This document shows, one piece after another, positions 46,669 to 58,253 of a DNA stretch of 64,000 nucleotides (position 1 is its first letter; every line of letters begins with the position of its first letter). Under the pieces are notes generated by a model. The model had not been told where the DNA came from, did not search any database, and was given only the letters and a program-made list of their open reading frames with translations. The position numbers and the translations under genes were made by a program. This stretch comes from Anaeramoeba ignava BMAN (taxonomy: Eukaryota; Protista; Anaeramoebae), in NCBI GenBank assembly GCA_028826165.1, contig JAPDFW010000114.1, positions 310,001-374,000 of the forward strand, read 5' to 3'.

Positions 46669-49293
46669 TTAGTTAACGCCAAGATCAACAGCCATTAAAG
46701 AAGCGCAAAGAGTAAGAATCATTTTAGGTTTAACTTCAACAATATCTTCAGGAAGTAAGAAAATAGTGCCGCCCATTTTTCTAACAAGAGAAATAACATA
46801 ATGAGCATTTTCAAGATTATCTTCTTCACGACGAGTTTTAAGAACAAGAGAATAATCAACTGAACCTGGACGGATAGCGTCACATAAATCGATGAAGAAA
46901 ACAGCATCTGAGAGATTTTTGTCTTTAAAACCAGACATTTTTGAAGATTTGCCTGCAGATTGAACTTTTCCGTTAGCCCATCTAACAAGATCAGCGTCTT
47001 TGATTTCCTTTCCGTCTTTTGAAACCTTTCTAAGAATACTCATTACATGAAATCTCATCATTTGCCAGACCAACGCCAAAGTGAGAGTTTTATTGCCATC
47101 ATAAATATCTGATCCGGCAATTCCAACAAGAGAAAAACCGAGTTGTTTTCCGAGTTCGATACAGTAGTTTGTGTTCTCGAGAGCCTTGAACTTGCTAAGA
47201 GGTTGTTTCTGGTTGACTCTTTTCCAGTTAACGCAGCCGGGCTTGATGTGGTCAAAGACTTGAAGAAGAACCAAACCGTCGCGCAAGTTGAGGTACAAAC
47301 GAGAGACGAATGGCTCAACACCGATGCTGTTCATCCACATGCAGTAGGCACGAGCCTCGCGGTCTTCTTCTTCAGGAAGCTCGACCTTCTCCTCTAATGG
47401 CTCCAATCCGGGATAGTGGTTGAATAAGTTGGCGACAAAGGCAAGATTAAGTTTTGGATTTCCTTTGACAACGTCGTTAGCTGTCACAAATTTTCTGCAA
47501 TCAAGTTTGTCGGCGTTGCGCAGCATTGCTTCGGCTCGTTTGTTAAGATCCGAGATCTGGAGCGGTGCTTTGTCGCATTTCTGTGGCTGAAGTTGGTTCA
47601 GAACGATTGTGTAAGCTTCGGAGTCTTTGATGTCGCCACCGAAGTTTCTAACTCTTTTTTGTGAACCTGCGTTTTTTAAGTGATAATTCATCCATCTTAA
47701 TAAAATTTGATCTGGCGAAAGTTTGAGAAGATCTTCAAGTGTCTCGCCTGGTTCCAAAAGACGGTATAATTCAGGGTGATTTGTAAGTGTGATTTTTGAT
47801 AATAATCCAATTCGAATAATTTGCCAAAGCAATCCAAGAAGAAGATGCACTTTTGCTTCCATAATATCGTCTTGGCCAATGTTCACAACGTTGCAGCCAA
47901 TTGCTTTTGCGGAGTTGATTGCTAAGTTCTGATTCTCGATCATCTGGAATTTGTTCAACTTTCCGGTGTTCAATACTCGTTCATCAATTGTTTTGGGAAC
48001 AGCATCGTTGATCATCTTGCACAGAATTAATCCGTCCTTCAGTGCTTCGAAGATGCTCATATCGTCGGGGTTGATTGGCAATCGGCTTCCAACGTGTTTG
48101 TCGTTTTTTAATGCCATGTTGATGAAGCTAACAAATGATACTTTTTCGTCATCTGCAAATGAATGTTCTGTTCCGTCTGTTGATCCTCGGATTTTGATAA
48201 CTGCTGCTTGTTTTGTGTATACTGCTCCGAATCCAGTATCTGATCTTGCTTTGCCTTGTCTTATATTTCTGATGATCTATTAAAATATTTGAATAAGATT
48301 TAATATTAAATTAAATTTGAATATAAATATAAATATTAATTTTAAATTTGGATAAAAATATTAATTTTAAATTTGGATAAAAATATTTATATTAATTTTA
48401 ATTTGAATATTAATTTTAAATTTAATTATTAATTTTAATTTTGATTCTAATTTGAATATTAATTTTAATTTGAATATTAATTTTAAATTTAATTATAATA
48501 TTTAATTTTAATTTAAATATTAATTTGGATATAAATAATTTTAAATAAATATTAATTTTAAATTTGATTATAAATATTAAATTTAAATTGAATATAAATA
48601 TTAAATTTAATTATAAATATTAATTTTAATTTGAATATAAATATTAATTTTAAATTTGATTATAAATATTAATTTTAAATTGAATATAAATATTAATTTT
48701 AATTTGAATATAAATATAAATATTAATTTTAAATTTGAATATAAATATTAATTTTGAATGTAAATATTAATTTTAATTTTGATTATAAATATTAATTTTA
48801 AATTTGGATATAAATATTAATTTTAATTTGGATATAAATATAAATATAAATATAAATATTAAATTGAATATAAATATTAAATTAAATTGGATATAAATAT
48901 TAAATTTAAACTTGGATATAAATATTAATTCGAATATAAATATTAATTAATTCTGATATTAAATTAAATTTGAATATAGATATAAATTTTAATTTGAATA
49001 TAAATATTAAATTTAAAATTTGAATATAAATATTAATTCGAATATAAATATACTTGTAAGAATTCATTAAATTCAATCATTCCATTTCCATCAAGATCAA
49101 CTTCTTTAATTAATTTTTGAACTTCAGAACGAGTTGGATTTTCTCCTAAACCTTTTAAAACTTGTGTTAATTCATTTTCATCAATTGAACCAGATCCATC
49201 AGTATCAAAACTTTTAAATTCTCGAACAAATTGGTCAATTTCCCTTTTATTGAATTCAGGGAACTTTCTAGCCATTCCATAAAAATCAGTCAT
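46669..49293 (-). CDS. FIM: Fimbrin/plastin (2 EF-hands + 4 calponin-homology domains), 615 aa
   Basis: Exons 49293-49054 and 48276-46669. FDTDGSGSID and VDLDGNGMIEFNEF EF-hands; KDGLILCKMINDAVPKTIDERVLN, HLLLGLLWQIIRIGLL, GNPKLNLAFVANLFN, EDIVEVKPKMILT. Confidence 0.97.
48290..49050. repeat. AT-rich degenerate intronic satellite (TTGAATATAAATATTAATTTTAA-like)
   Basis: Fills fimbrin intron 49053-48277. Confidence 0.85.
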
Positions 49294-50112
49294 TTTAAAT
49301 AAATTTAAAATTTCTTTATTTTTTTTGTGTTTTTTGTTTTTTGTGTTTTTTTTTTTGGATTAAGTTTTGTGGGCATAAAAGAAAAAAAAAAAAGCAAAAA
49401 AAAAAATTTATTATTTAAATTATAAATAATCATATTTATTTAAAAATTTTCAATTAAGAAATTTGATTTAAATTTGATTTTCCATTTAAATTTGATTTAA
49501 ATTTGATTTTAATTTTAAATTTAATGTTAATTTGATTTTATGTTAAAATAAAAGATCAAAACTAATAAATTTACCTTTTTTATTTATTAAAAAAAAAAGA
49601 AGAAAAATGAAAAAAAAATTTTTTTAATTTTATTTTTTTTTTTTAATTAATTTTTTTTAATTGAAGGCAAAAATTTTTTACTTTTTATTTTATTTTTATT
49701 TTAATTAATTGGTTTTATTTTTAAATTAAAGGATCAAAAGAAAAACAAAAAACAAAAAACAAAAAGAAAAAGAAAAAGAAAAACAATGAATCCCCTATTT
49801 TTTAATTAAATTTCCTTTATTTTAAATTTAAAATTAAAATTTTTCCTTTTTTTTTTTTGTTTTTTTTAAAAAAATGGAGAAAAATAAAAAATAAATAAAA
49901 AGGAGAAAAAAAATAATTATTAGTAATTTAATTTAAAAAATTAATAAAAAATAAAATAAATTACTAATTAGAAAAAAAAAAATTAAAAAAAAATTTTTTT
50001 TCTTTTTATTTTTTTTTAAATTAAATAAAAAAATCATTTTCTTTTCTTCAAATTTAAAAAAAAAAAATATAAAAAAAAAATTTTCAAAAATCATTTTTAA
50101 AAATCAAAATAA

Positions 50113-51406
50113 ATGGGAAGAGTTATTAGAGGACAAAGAAAAGGACGAGGAAGTGTTTTTAGAGCACATACAACACACAGAAAAGGAAAACCAAAGTTTC
50201 GAGCATTTGATTCTGCAGAAAAATGTGGATATATTCAAGGAGTTGTAAAAGAAATTATTCATGACCCTGGTAGAGGTGCTCCTCTTGCAAGAGTATCATT
50301 CCGTTCACCAACAAGATACAAAATGCAAAAAGAACTTTTCCTTGCAACTGAAGGAATGTATACTGGTCAATTTGTTTATTGTGGACATAAAGGTATTTTA
50401 ATTACATTTTAATATTAATAAAAATATAAATATAAATATAAATATAAATATAAATATAAATATAATTAAAATATAATTATAAATATAAATATAAATATAA
50501 ATATAAATATAAATATCAATTTAAAAATATAAATATAAATATAAATATAAATATAAATATAAATATAAATATAAATATAAATATAAATATAAATATAAAT
50601 ATAATTATAAATATAAATATAAATATAAATATAAATATAAATATTTAATTAAAATTTGTATTAAATTTTTATATTGAATTTAATTAGCTCGTTTAACAAC
50701 AGGAAATGTTCTTCCTGTAGAAAGAATGCCTGAAGGTACAATTATTTGTAATGTTGAAGAAAAAACTGGAGATCGTGGAACATTTGCAAGATCTTCTGGT
50801 AATTTTGCTACTATTATTGCTCACAATCCTGATGAAGGAAAAACAAGAATTAGATTACCAAGTGGTTCTAAAAAAACAATTTCAAATCAAGCAAGAGCCA
50901 CAATCGGTATTATTGCTGGTGGTGGAAGAGTTGATAAACCAATTTTAAAAGCTGGAAGACAATATCATAAATTTAAAGCAAAGAGAAAATGTTGGCCAAG
51001 AGTTAGAGGTGTTGCAATGAATGTAAGTTGATAATTATTATTTGAATTATTTTATGAAATGAAAATTTAAAAACATGAAATGAAAAAAATTCAAAAACAT
51101 GAAATGAAAATAATTTAAAAACATGAAATGAAAAAAATTCAAAAACATGAAATGAAAATTTAAAAAATAATTTAAAAACATGAAATGAAATGAAATGATT
51201 TAAAAAATCTTTTTATTTATTTGTATATTAAATATCTTTATAATTAATTTTTTCTATTTTAGCCTGTTGACCATCCTCATGGTGGTGGTAATCATCAACA
51301 TATTGGACATCCTTCTACAGTTTCACGTTTTGCTCCTCCTGGTCAAAAAGTTGGTTTAATTGCTGCAAGAAGATCAGGAAAAAGAACTGGTTCACAAAAG
51401 AAATAA
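50113..51406 (+). CDS. RPL8: 60S ribosomal protein L8 (uL2), 252 aa
   Basis: Exons 50113-50392, 50688-51022, 51263-51406. [31 protein letters not shown]|[28 protein letters not shown]. Confidence 0.98.
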
Positions 51407-51569
51407 ATACTATTTTCATTTTTTCATTTTTTTTTTACTGACATTTTTTTGGTCATACATACATCCTTTACCTTTCTTTTTTTCTTTTTTTTTACTAATT
51501 AGAAACCCAATTAATAAATTCCATTCAAAAATTTTAAAATTTAAAATTAAAATTATAATCATTTTTGTT

Positions 51570-52742
51570 TTTAAATTTTGTTTTTAAATTTTGATTTAAA
51601 TTTTGTTTTAAATTTTGATTTAAATTTTGATTTAAATTTTGTTTTAAATTTTGTTTTAAATTTTGATTTTAATTGTTTTAAATTTTGATTTAAATTTTGT
51701 ATTAAATTTTGTATTAAATTTTGATTTAAATTTTGATTTAAATTTTGATTTTAATTGTGTTTTAAATTTTGTATTTAAATTTTGTTTTAAATTGTTTTTA
51801 ATTTTGATTTAAATTTTGTTTTAAATTTTGTTTTAAATTTTGATTTAAATTTTGATTTAAATTTTATTTTAAATTTTGATTTAAATTTTGATTTAAATTT
51901 TGATTTAAATTTTGATTTAAATTTTGATTTAAATTTTGATTTAAATTTTGATTTAAAATTTGTTTTAAATTTTGATTTAAATTTTGTTTTAAATTTCGAT
52001 TTAAATTTTGATTTAAATTTTGATTTAAATTTTGATTTAAAATTTGTTTTAAATTTTGATTTAAATTTTGATTTAAATTTTGATTTAAATTTTGATTTAA
52101 ATTTTGATTTAATTTTTGATTTAAATTTTGTTTTAAATTTCGATTTAAATTTTGTTTTAAATTTTGATTTAAATTTTGATTTAAATTTTGATTTAAAATT
52201 TGTTTTAAATTTTGTTTTAAATTTCGATTTAAATTTTGATTTAAATTTTGATTTAAATTTTGATTTAATTTTTGTTTTAAATTTTGATTTAAATTTTGTT
52301 TTAAATTTTGTTTTAAATTTTGATTTAAATTTTGATTTAAATTTTGATTTAAATTTTGATTTAAATTTTGTTTTTAATTTCGATTTAAATTTTGATTTAA
52401 ATTTTGATTTAAATTTTGTTTTAAATTTTGATTTTAAATTTTGATTTAAATTTTGTTTTAAATTTTGATTTAAATTTTGTTTTAAATTTTGATTTAAATG
52501 ATTTAAATTTTGATTTAAATTTTGTATTTAAATTTTGTTTTAAATTTTATTTTAAATTTGATTTAAATTTTGATTTGAATTTTGATTTAAATTTTGTATT
52601 AAAATTGTTTAAATTTTGTTTTAAATTTTGTTTTAAATTTTGGTTTAAATTTTGTTTTAAATTTTGATTTAAATTTTATTTTAAATTTTGTTTTAAATTT
52701 TGTTTTAAATTTTGATTTAAATTTTGTTTTAAATTTTGTTTT
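51570..52742. repeat. 12-mer minisatellite TTTAAATTTTG(A/T) between RPL8 and the snoRNA
   Basis: Tandem units visible. The TTTTGTTTTAAA variant is the reverse complement of a unit of the 8793-9927 satellite. Confidence 0.92.
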
Positions 52743-52777
52743 AAAAAAAAAATTTTTTTTTATAAATTAAATAAATT

Positions 52778-52887
52778 ATTATTTGGGATCAGAGAATAAA
52801 AAGTGTGTTAATTTTCTTGTGTTATCAACATATTTGTTAATAATTCAGCCTGGGGCGGCAAGATGCCTTCATCACTTCCCAAATAAT
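52778..52887 (-). ncRNA. Box C/D snoRNA, snR67/SNORD31(U31)-type guide for LSU rRNA P-loop Gm (E. coli G2251 equivalent)
   Basis: Minus strand: 11-bp terminal stem (52778-52788 / 52877-52887), box C GTGATGA (52875-52869), guide TGCCGCCCCAG-G, box D' CTGA (52848-52845), C'-like TTGATAA (52828-52822), box D CTGA (52792-52789). The guide is complementary to conserved LSU CUGGGGCGGCA. Confidence 0.92.
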
Positions 52888-53057
52888 TTATTTATTTATT
52901 TAATTATAATTTTTATTTTTTTTAAATTTAAAAATAAAAAAATGAAAAAAAAAAATTTAAAAAAAAAATTTATTTTTCTTTTTTTTTTTAATTAAAAATT
53001 ATAATGAAAAAAAATAAAAAAATTGAAAAGAGAAAAAAACAAAATCAATTTAAGAAA

Positions 53058-54776
53058 ATGAATGAAATTTGGTTTTGTGGTCAAAAAAACTTTCTTACTT
53101 TTATTGGAAATAAATTAGAAAAAACAACAAAATTAATTGAAATTGAAATTGAAAATGAAAATGAAAATCAAAATGAAAATCAAATTAAACAAATTTCATC
53201 AAGTGATTTTTCATTAATAATACTTTTCAAAAATGGAAAAGCAATTGAACATTTTAAAGAATCAAATCAAAATCCTGAAAAAATACAAATTGAAAATATT
53301 AAAAAAGTTGATAACGGAATTTATAATGTTTGTGTTTTAACTGCAGAAGGAAATGTATTTGCCAAAGGAGAATATATTAAAGAAGAATTTCCAAATAAAT
53401 TTTTTAATATTTCATCATTAATTGAAGATCCAAATGATAGAATAATTGATAATATTGTCTGTGGATTAAACCAAATTTACTTATTAACTTCAAGCCAAAA
53501 TGTTTATGGAATTGGTTCAAATGAATTCGGTCAACTTGGTGTTGATTTAGACACATTTAAATATACAGAAAAACCAGTTTTAATGATGGAAAATGTTTCC
53601 AAAATCTTTTCAGCAAAATTTTCCTTTTCTGTTTTTCTTTTAAATTCAAATCAAGAGTTATTTGGTTGCGGATATAATCATTATGGCCAACTTGGTTTAG
53701 GTTTCAAAAACAAAATTTCTCCAATCACAAAGCTAAAAAATATTCCAAAAGGCAAAATAATTGATATTCAAATGGGTTATTTCCATTCAATAATGCTCAT
53801 CGAAAGCCAAAATGAAAAAAGAAAACTTTATTCATGCGGTTTTTATGAGTCAAACGGTCTTGGTGATAAAAGAGAAGATACAAAAGAATTTACTGAAATC
53901 AAATCATCTTTATTTGAAAATGATGATTATATTCTTGAAGTCTCTTGTGGAAATTCACATACTTTGATTTTAACTTCCAATTCAAAATTAATAGCATTCG
54001 GAATTAATTTATTCGGTCAATTAGGAAGTGGAAATATAGAAAGTCAATCAATTCCTATTCAAATTGAACTTCCTAAGCTATCATTTGATATTTCTAATTA
54101 TCATCTTTCTTGCGGTCCTTTTAATTCATTCATATATTCTTCTTTCTCTTCTAGTCTTGAAGAAGATTTGATAAAATTATTTAAAAGAAAAGAATTTTGT
54201 GATATTTCATTTAAAACAAGAAATGGAGAAATAGTTGAAGCTCATAAATTAATATTGAGATATAGATTAAAAGATGAAAATCAAATTGAAAAACTTCAAG
54301 AAATTATTTCAAAAAAATCAGTTAAAGAATCAAATCAAATATTTGAAATGATTTATTCAAACAAAAGAATTGCTTCTTCATATCTGGAAGTGAAAGAAAT
54401 TATTAAAGAAGAAACAATTGAAGAAACAATGAAAAGAATTTATTTAAATGAAAATGAAAAAGATTTTATTATTGAAAGAAAAGAAAAAAAATATAAATTT
54501 CCTAAATTAATATTAATAATGAGAAGTGAATTATATCGAGGAATGTTTTTATCTGTAACTGAAGATAAATCTAATAAAGTTACAGATTATAGTGAATTAA
54601 GTAATGAAGCATTCCAAATATTAGAATATTGGATTTATTCAAATCAAATTAAAGATGAAATTAAAAAAATAAATAAAAAAATTATTGAAGAAATTAAAAG
54701 AGGAATTGATTATTTTCAATTAAATCAAACAAAACCAAATTTATTGGATTTATTAATTAACAAATTTAATAATTAA
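53058..54776 (+). CDS. RCC1-repeat + tandem BTB/POZ protein (intronless), 572 aa; paralog of 15206-16849
   Basis: VYGIGSNEFGQLG, FGCGYNHYGQLGLG, SCGNSHTLIL, FCDISF..IVEAHKLIL, LIMRSELYRGMFLSVTEDKSNKVTDYS (near-identical to the other paralog's C-terminus). Confidence 0.88.
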   Translation: MNEIWFCGQKNFLTFIGNKLEKTTKLIEIEIENENENQNENQIKQISSSDFSLIILFKNGKAIEHFKESNQNPEKIQIENIKKVDNGIYNVCVLTAEGNVFAKGEYIKEEFPNKFFNISSLIEDPNDRIIDNIVCGLNQIYLLTSSQNVYGIGSNEFGQLGVDLDTFKYTEKPVLMMENVSKIFSAKFSFSVFLLNSNQELFGCGYNHYGQLGLGFKNKISPITKLKNIPKGKIIDIQMGYFHSIMLIESQNEKRKLYSCGFYESNGLGDKREDTKEFTEIKSSLFENDDYILEVSCGNSHTLILTSNSKLIAFGINLFGQLGSGNIESQSIPIQIELPKLSFDISNYHLSCGPFNSFIYSSFSSSLEEDLIKLFKRKEFCDISFKTRNGEIVEAHKLILRYRLKDENQIEKLQEIISKKSVKESNQIFEMIYSNKRIASSYLEVKEIIKEETIEETMKRIYLNENEKDFIIERKEKKYKFPKLILIMRSELYRGMFLSVTEDKSNKVTDYSELSNEAFQILEYWIYSNQIKDEIKKINKKIIEEIKRGIDYFQLNQTKPNLLDLLINKFNN

Positions 54777-54838
54777 TAATTAAAAGAAAAATTTCATTTT
54801 TTTCTTTTTTCAAATTTTTTTCAACAAAAAAAGCAAAA

Positions 54839-55798
54839 ATGGAAAATTATTCAAATTTAGAAAAACTTTCAAATGATTTAAAAAATTTATTTCAAAATCA
54901 AAATCAAAAAGAAGAAGAAAGCTATTTTGATTTTGAAATAATTTGTGAACAAAATCAAACTTCATTCAAAACTCATAAATCAATCCTTTCTTCAAGAAGT
55001 GAATATTTTAAATCTCTTTTCAAATCCAAAATGAAAGAATATCAAGAAAATAAATTAATTTTAAAAGATGTTTCAAATTCAATTCTATCTTCAATTTTAA
55101 ATTATTTTTATTCAGGAAAAATTGAAATTAATTTAGAAAATGCAATTGAAATTTTAATTTTTTCATCAAAATATTTAATTGATGAATTAATTGGAATTTG
55201 TTCAAAATTTATCAAAAATAATTTACAATTTGAAACTATTGTTGATATTCTTAAATTATCTGAAACAATGAACTTAAATCAATTATTAGATTATTCTTAT
55301 AAATTTATTTCTAAAAATTTTAATAAATTTATCAAAACTCCATTTTTTCTTGAACTTGAAGAAAATCATTTAAATTCAATATTATCAAATGATGAAATTC
55401 GAACAAATGAATTTAAAGCATTTCAATCAATAATAAAATGGGGAAAACATAAATCAAATATTAATCAAGAAAAAATAATTAAAAAAGAAGAAAAAGAGAA
55501 ATTACAAAATCAAATTTCCAATATTATTGATAAAATAAGATTTATTGATTTCACAAAAAAAGAACTTAAAAAAAGTTTGAAAGAAGATTTAATTCCAAAA
55601 CAAATTTCACAAAAATTAATTGAATTCCAAAAATTTCGAAATGATGAAAAAGAGTTAAATCAATTTATTGAAAATGAAAAAGAAAATTCATTCATTTTTA
55701 AACCAAGAAGGAAATTTGATTTTGATTCTAAATCATTGAAGAAAAAAAACAAGATTAATGGAAAAATTCCCATTCATTCAAAATTTTTCTTTTTTTAG
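54839..55798 (+). CDS. BTB-BACK protein, inverted copy lacking the TLDc domain (truncated paralog or pseudogene)
   Basis: Near-identical to the three minus-strand copies up to FKP(R), then an unrelated ~27 aa tail and TAG. No GT donor near the breakpoint. Confidence 0.8.
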   Translation: MENYSNLEKLSNDLKNLFQNQNQKEEESYFDFEIICEQNQTSFKTHKSILSSRSEYFKSLFKSKMKEYQENKLILKDVSNSILSSILNYFYSGKIEINLENAIEILIFSSKYLIDELIGICSKFIKNNLQFETIVDILKLSETMNLNQLLDYSYKFISKNFNKFIKTPFFLELEENHLNSILSNDEIRTNEFKAFQSIIKWGKHKSNINQEKIIKKEEKEKLQNQISNIIDKIRFIDFTKKELKKSLKEDLIPKQISQKLIEFQKFRNDEKELNQFIENEKENSFIFKPRRKFDFDSKSLKKKNKINGKIPIHSKFFFF

Positions 55799-55934
55799 AA
55801 AAGAAGAAATTTTATTTTGTTTTGATTAATGAATTCAATTTAATGAATAAAATTTGAATTTATTTCTGGAAATTGTTAAAATTAAAATTTTAATATTTTT
55901 AACTCAAAAGAATTTAAATTTAATCTGAATTATT

Positions 55935-57377
55935 TTAAATGAAAAAAGTTTCAAATTCTTCAACAATCCATGCAGTATAAGCTCCAGCTAAATAACTTTT
56001 AGCTTCTTTTGTTTCAAATTTAATTCCATCAGGTAAATGATAAGTTTTTCCAAAATTCGAAAATCCAGGTTGTAATTTAGAACTTAATGCAAAATCATGA
56101 CCTTCTCCAAATAATGGACCATCACGTAAATAAAAATAAATAGCAGTTTTTTCTTTTCTTTTTCTAATTGGAAATTTCTCTGGTTTTCTATTTCCTTTAT
56201 CATTTCTTAATGAAAAAATAAATGCATCTGAATCATTAATCCATCCATCATAATATTTTCTATCTTCTTCTTTTCCTTTTAAAGTAAATCCAACTTTAGT
56301 AAATCCTCCAAAAATATAATTTTGTGTTGTTTTGATAATAACTAATGTTTTTCCTTTATTATCACTTTTTTCATGCCATTTTTGAGAAGAAAATCCATCT
56401 CTTGTTGCTGAAAATCCTAATTTCATTTTAGAAAAGAATTCATCATCATTTATCCATTCTTTTAATTTGATAATATATTCTTTTTCTCTAAGAATTGTTG
56501 AGTTGAATATAAGTTTTGTTTTGAAAATTAATGAATTTTCTTTTTCAATAAATTGATTTATTTCTTTTTCATTATTTTGAAGTTTTTGGAATTGAATTAA
56601 TTTTTGTGAGATTTGTTTTGGAATTAAATCTTCTTTCAAAGTATCTTTAAGTTCTTTATTTGTGAAATCAATAAATCTTATTTTATCAACAATATTGGAA
56701 ATTTGATTTTGTAATTTCTCTTTTTCTTCTTTTTTAATTATTTTTTCTTGATTAATATTTGATTTATATTTTCCCCATTTTATTATTGATTGAAATGCTT
56801 TAAATTCATTTGTTCGAATTTCATCATTTGATAATATTGAATTTAAATGATTTTCTTCAAGTTCAAGAAAAAATGAAGTTTTGATAAATTTATTAAAATT
56901 TTTAGAAATAAATTTATAAGAATAATCTATTAATTGATTTAAGTTCATTGTTTCAGATAATTTAAGAATATCAACAATAGTTTCAAATTGTAAATTATTT
57001 TTGATAAATTTTGAACAAATTTCAATTAATTCATCAATTAAATATTTTGATGAAAAAATTAAAATTTCAATTGCATTTTCTAAATTAATTTCAATTTTTC
57101 CTGAATAAAAATAATTTAAAATTGAAGATAGAATTGAACTTGAAACATCTTTTAGAATCATCTTATTTTCTTGATATTCTTTCATTTTGGATTTGAAAAG
57201 AGATTTAAAATATTCACTTCTTGAAGAAAGAATTGATTTATGAGTTTTGAATGAAGTTTGATTTTGTTCACAAATTATTTCAAAATCAAAATAACTTTCT
57301 TCTTCTTTTTGATTTTGATTTTGAAATAAATTTTTTAAATCATTTGAAAGTTTTTCTAAATTTGAATAATTTTCCAT
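55935..57377 (-). CDS. BTB-BACK-TLDc protein (copy 2)
   Basis: FKTHKSILSSRSEYFKSLF (BTB), FLELEENHLNSILS..FQSIIKWG (BACK), FSATRDGFSSQKWHEKSDNKGKTLVIIKT..YIFGGFT..DAFIFSL..GPLFG (TLDc). Confidence 0.92.
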   Translation of the reverse strand: MENYSNLEKLSNDLKNLFQNQNQKEEESYFDFEIICEQNQTSFKTHKSILSSRSEYFKSLFKSKMKEYQENKMILKDVSSSILSSILNYFYSGKIEINLENAIEILIFSSKYLIDELIEICSKFIKNNLQFETIVDILKLSETMNLNQLIDYSYKFISKNFNKFIKTSFFLELEENHLNSILSNDEIRTNEFKAFQSIIKWGKYKSNINQEKIIKKEEKEKLQNQISNIVDKIRFIDFTNKELKDTLKEDLIPKQISQKLIQFQKLQNNEKEINQFIEKENSLIFKTKLIFNSTILREKEYIIKLKEWINDDEFFSKMKLGFSATRDGFSSQKWHEKSDNKGKTLVIIKTTQNYIFGGFTKVGFTLKGKEEDRKYYDGWINDSDAFIFSLRNDKGNRKPEKFPIRKRKEKTAIYFYLRDGPLFGEGHDFALSSKLQPGFSNFGKTYHLPDGIKFETKEAKSYLAGAYTAWIVEEFETFFI

Positions 57378-57419
57378 TTATTATTTAAATTTTTGAAAAA
57401 TGAAAAATGAAAAATGAAA

Positions 57420-58225
57420 AAATTTTAATTTAATTTTGATTTAATTTTGATTTGATTTTGATTTTGATTTAATTTTGATTTAATTTTGATTTAATTTTGA
57501 TTTTAATTTTGATTTAATTTTGATTTAATTTTGATTTAATTTTGATTTAATTTTGATTTAATTTTGATTTAATTTTAATTTAATTTTGATTTAATTTTGA
57601 TTTGATTTTGATTTTGATTTAATTTTGATTTAATTTTGATTTAATTTTGATTTAATTTTGATTAAATTTTGATTTAATTTAATTTTGATTTAATTTTAAT
57701 TTTAATTTTAATTTTGATTTAATTTTGATTTAAATTTGATTTAATTTTGATTTAATTTTGATTTGATTTTGATTTTGTTTGATTTAATTTTGATTTAATT
57801 TTGATTTAAATTTGATTTAATTTTAATTTAAATTTGATTTAATTTTGATTTAATTTTGATTTTATTTTGATTTAATTTTGATTTAATTTTAATTTGATTT
57901 TGATTTAATTTTGATTTAATTTTGATTTAATTTTGATTTAAATTTGATTTAAATTTGATTTAATTTTGATTTAATTTTGATTTGGTTTTAATTTAATTTA
58001 ATTTTGATTTAATTTTGATTTAATTTTGATTTAATTTTGATTTAATTTTGATTTAATTTTGATTTGGTTTTAATTTAATTTTGATTTAATTTTGATTTAA
58101 TTTTAATTTAATTTTGATTTAATTTTGATTTAATTTAATTTTGATTTAATTTTGATTTAATTTTAATTTAATTTTAATTTAATTTTGATTTAATTTTGAT
58201 TTAATTTTGATTTGATTTAAATTTT
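57420..58225. repeat. TTTAATTTTGA 11-mer spacer satellite between BTB-TLDc copies 2 and 3
   Basis: Tandem units. The same satellite, shorter, lies at 59750-60000. Confidence 0.9.
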
Positions 58226-58253
58226 GATTGAAAGGAAAAGAAAAAAATAAATT

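Noticed and set aside
51023-51262. Possible intronic snoRNA in RPL8 introns (ATGA-rich repeats)
   Set aside because: No RTGATGA/CTGA box pair or guide; it is an AAAACATGAAATG repeat.
52783-52995. 70-aa plus-strand ORF; alternatively an rRNA fragment or MITE (terminal inverted repeats)
   Set aside because: The rRNA-like 11-mer and the inverted repeat are fully explained as the guide and terminal stem of a minus-strand C/D snoRNA.
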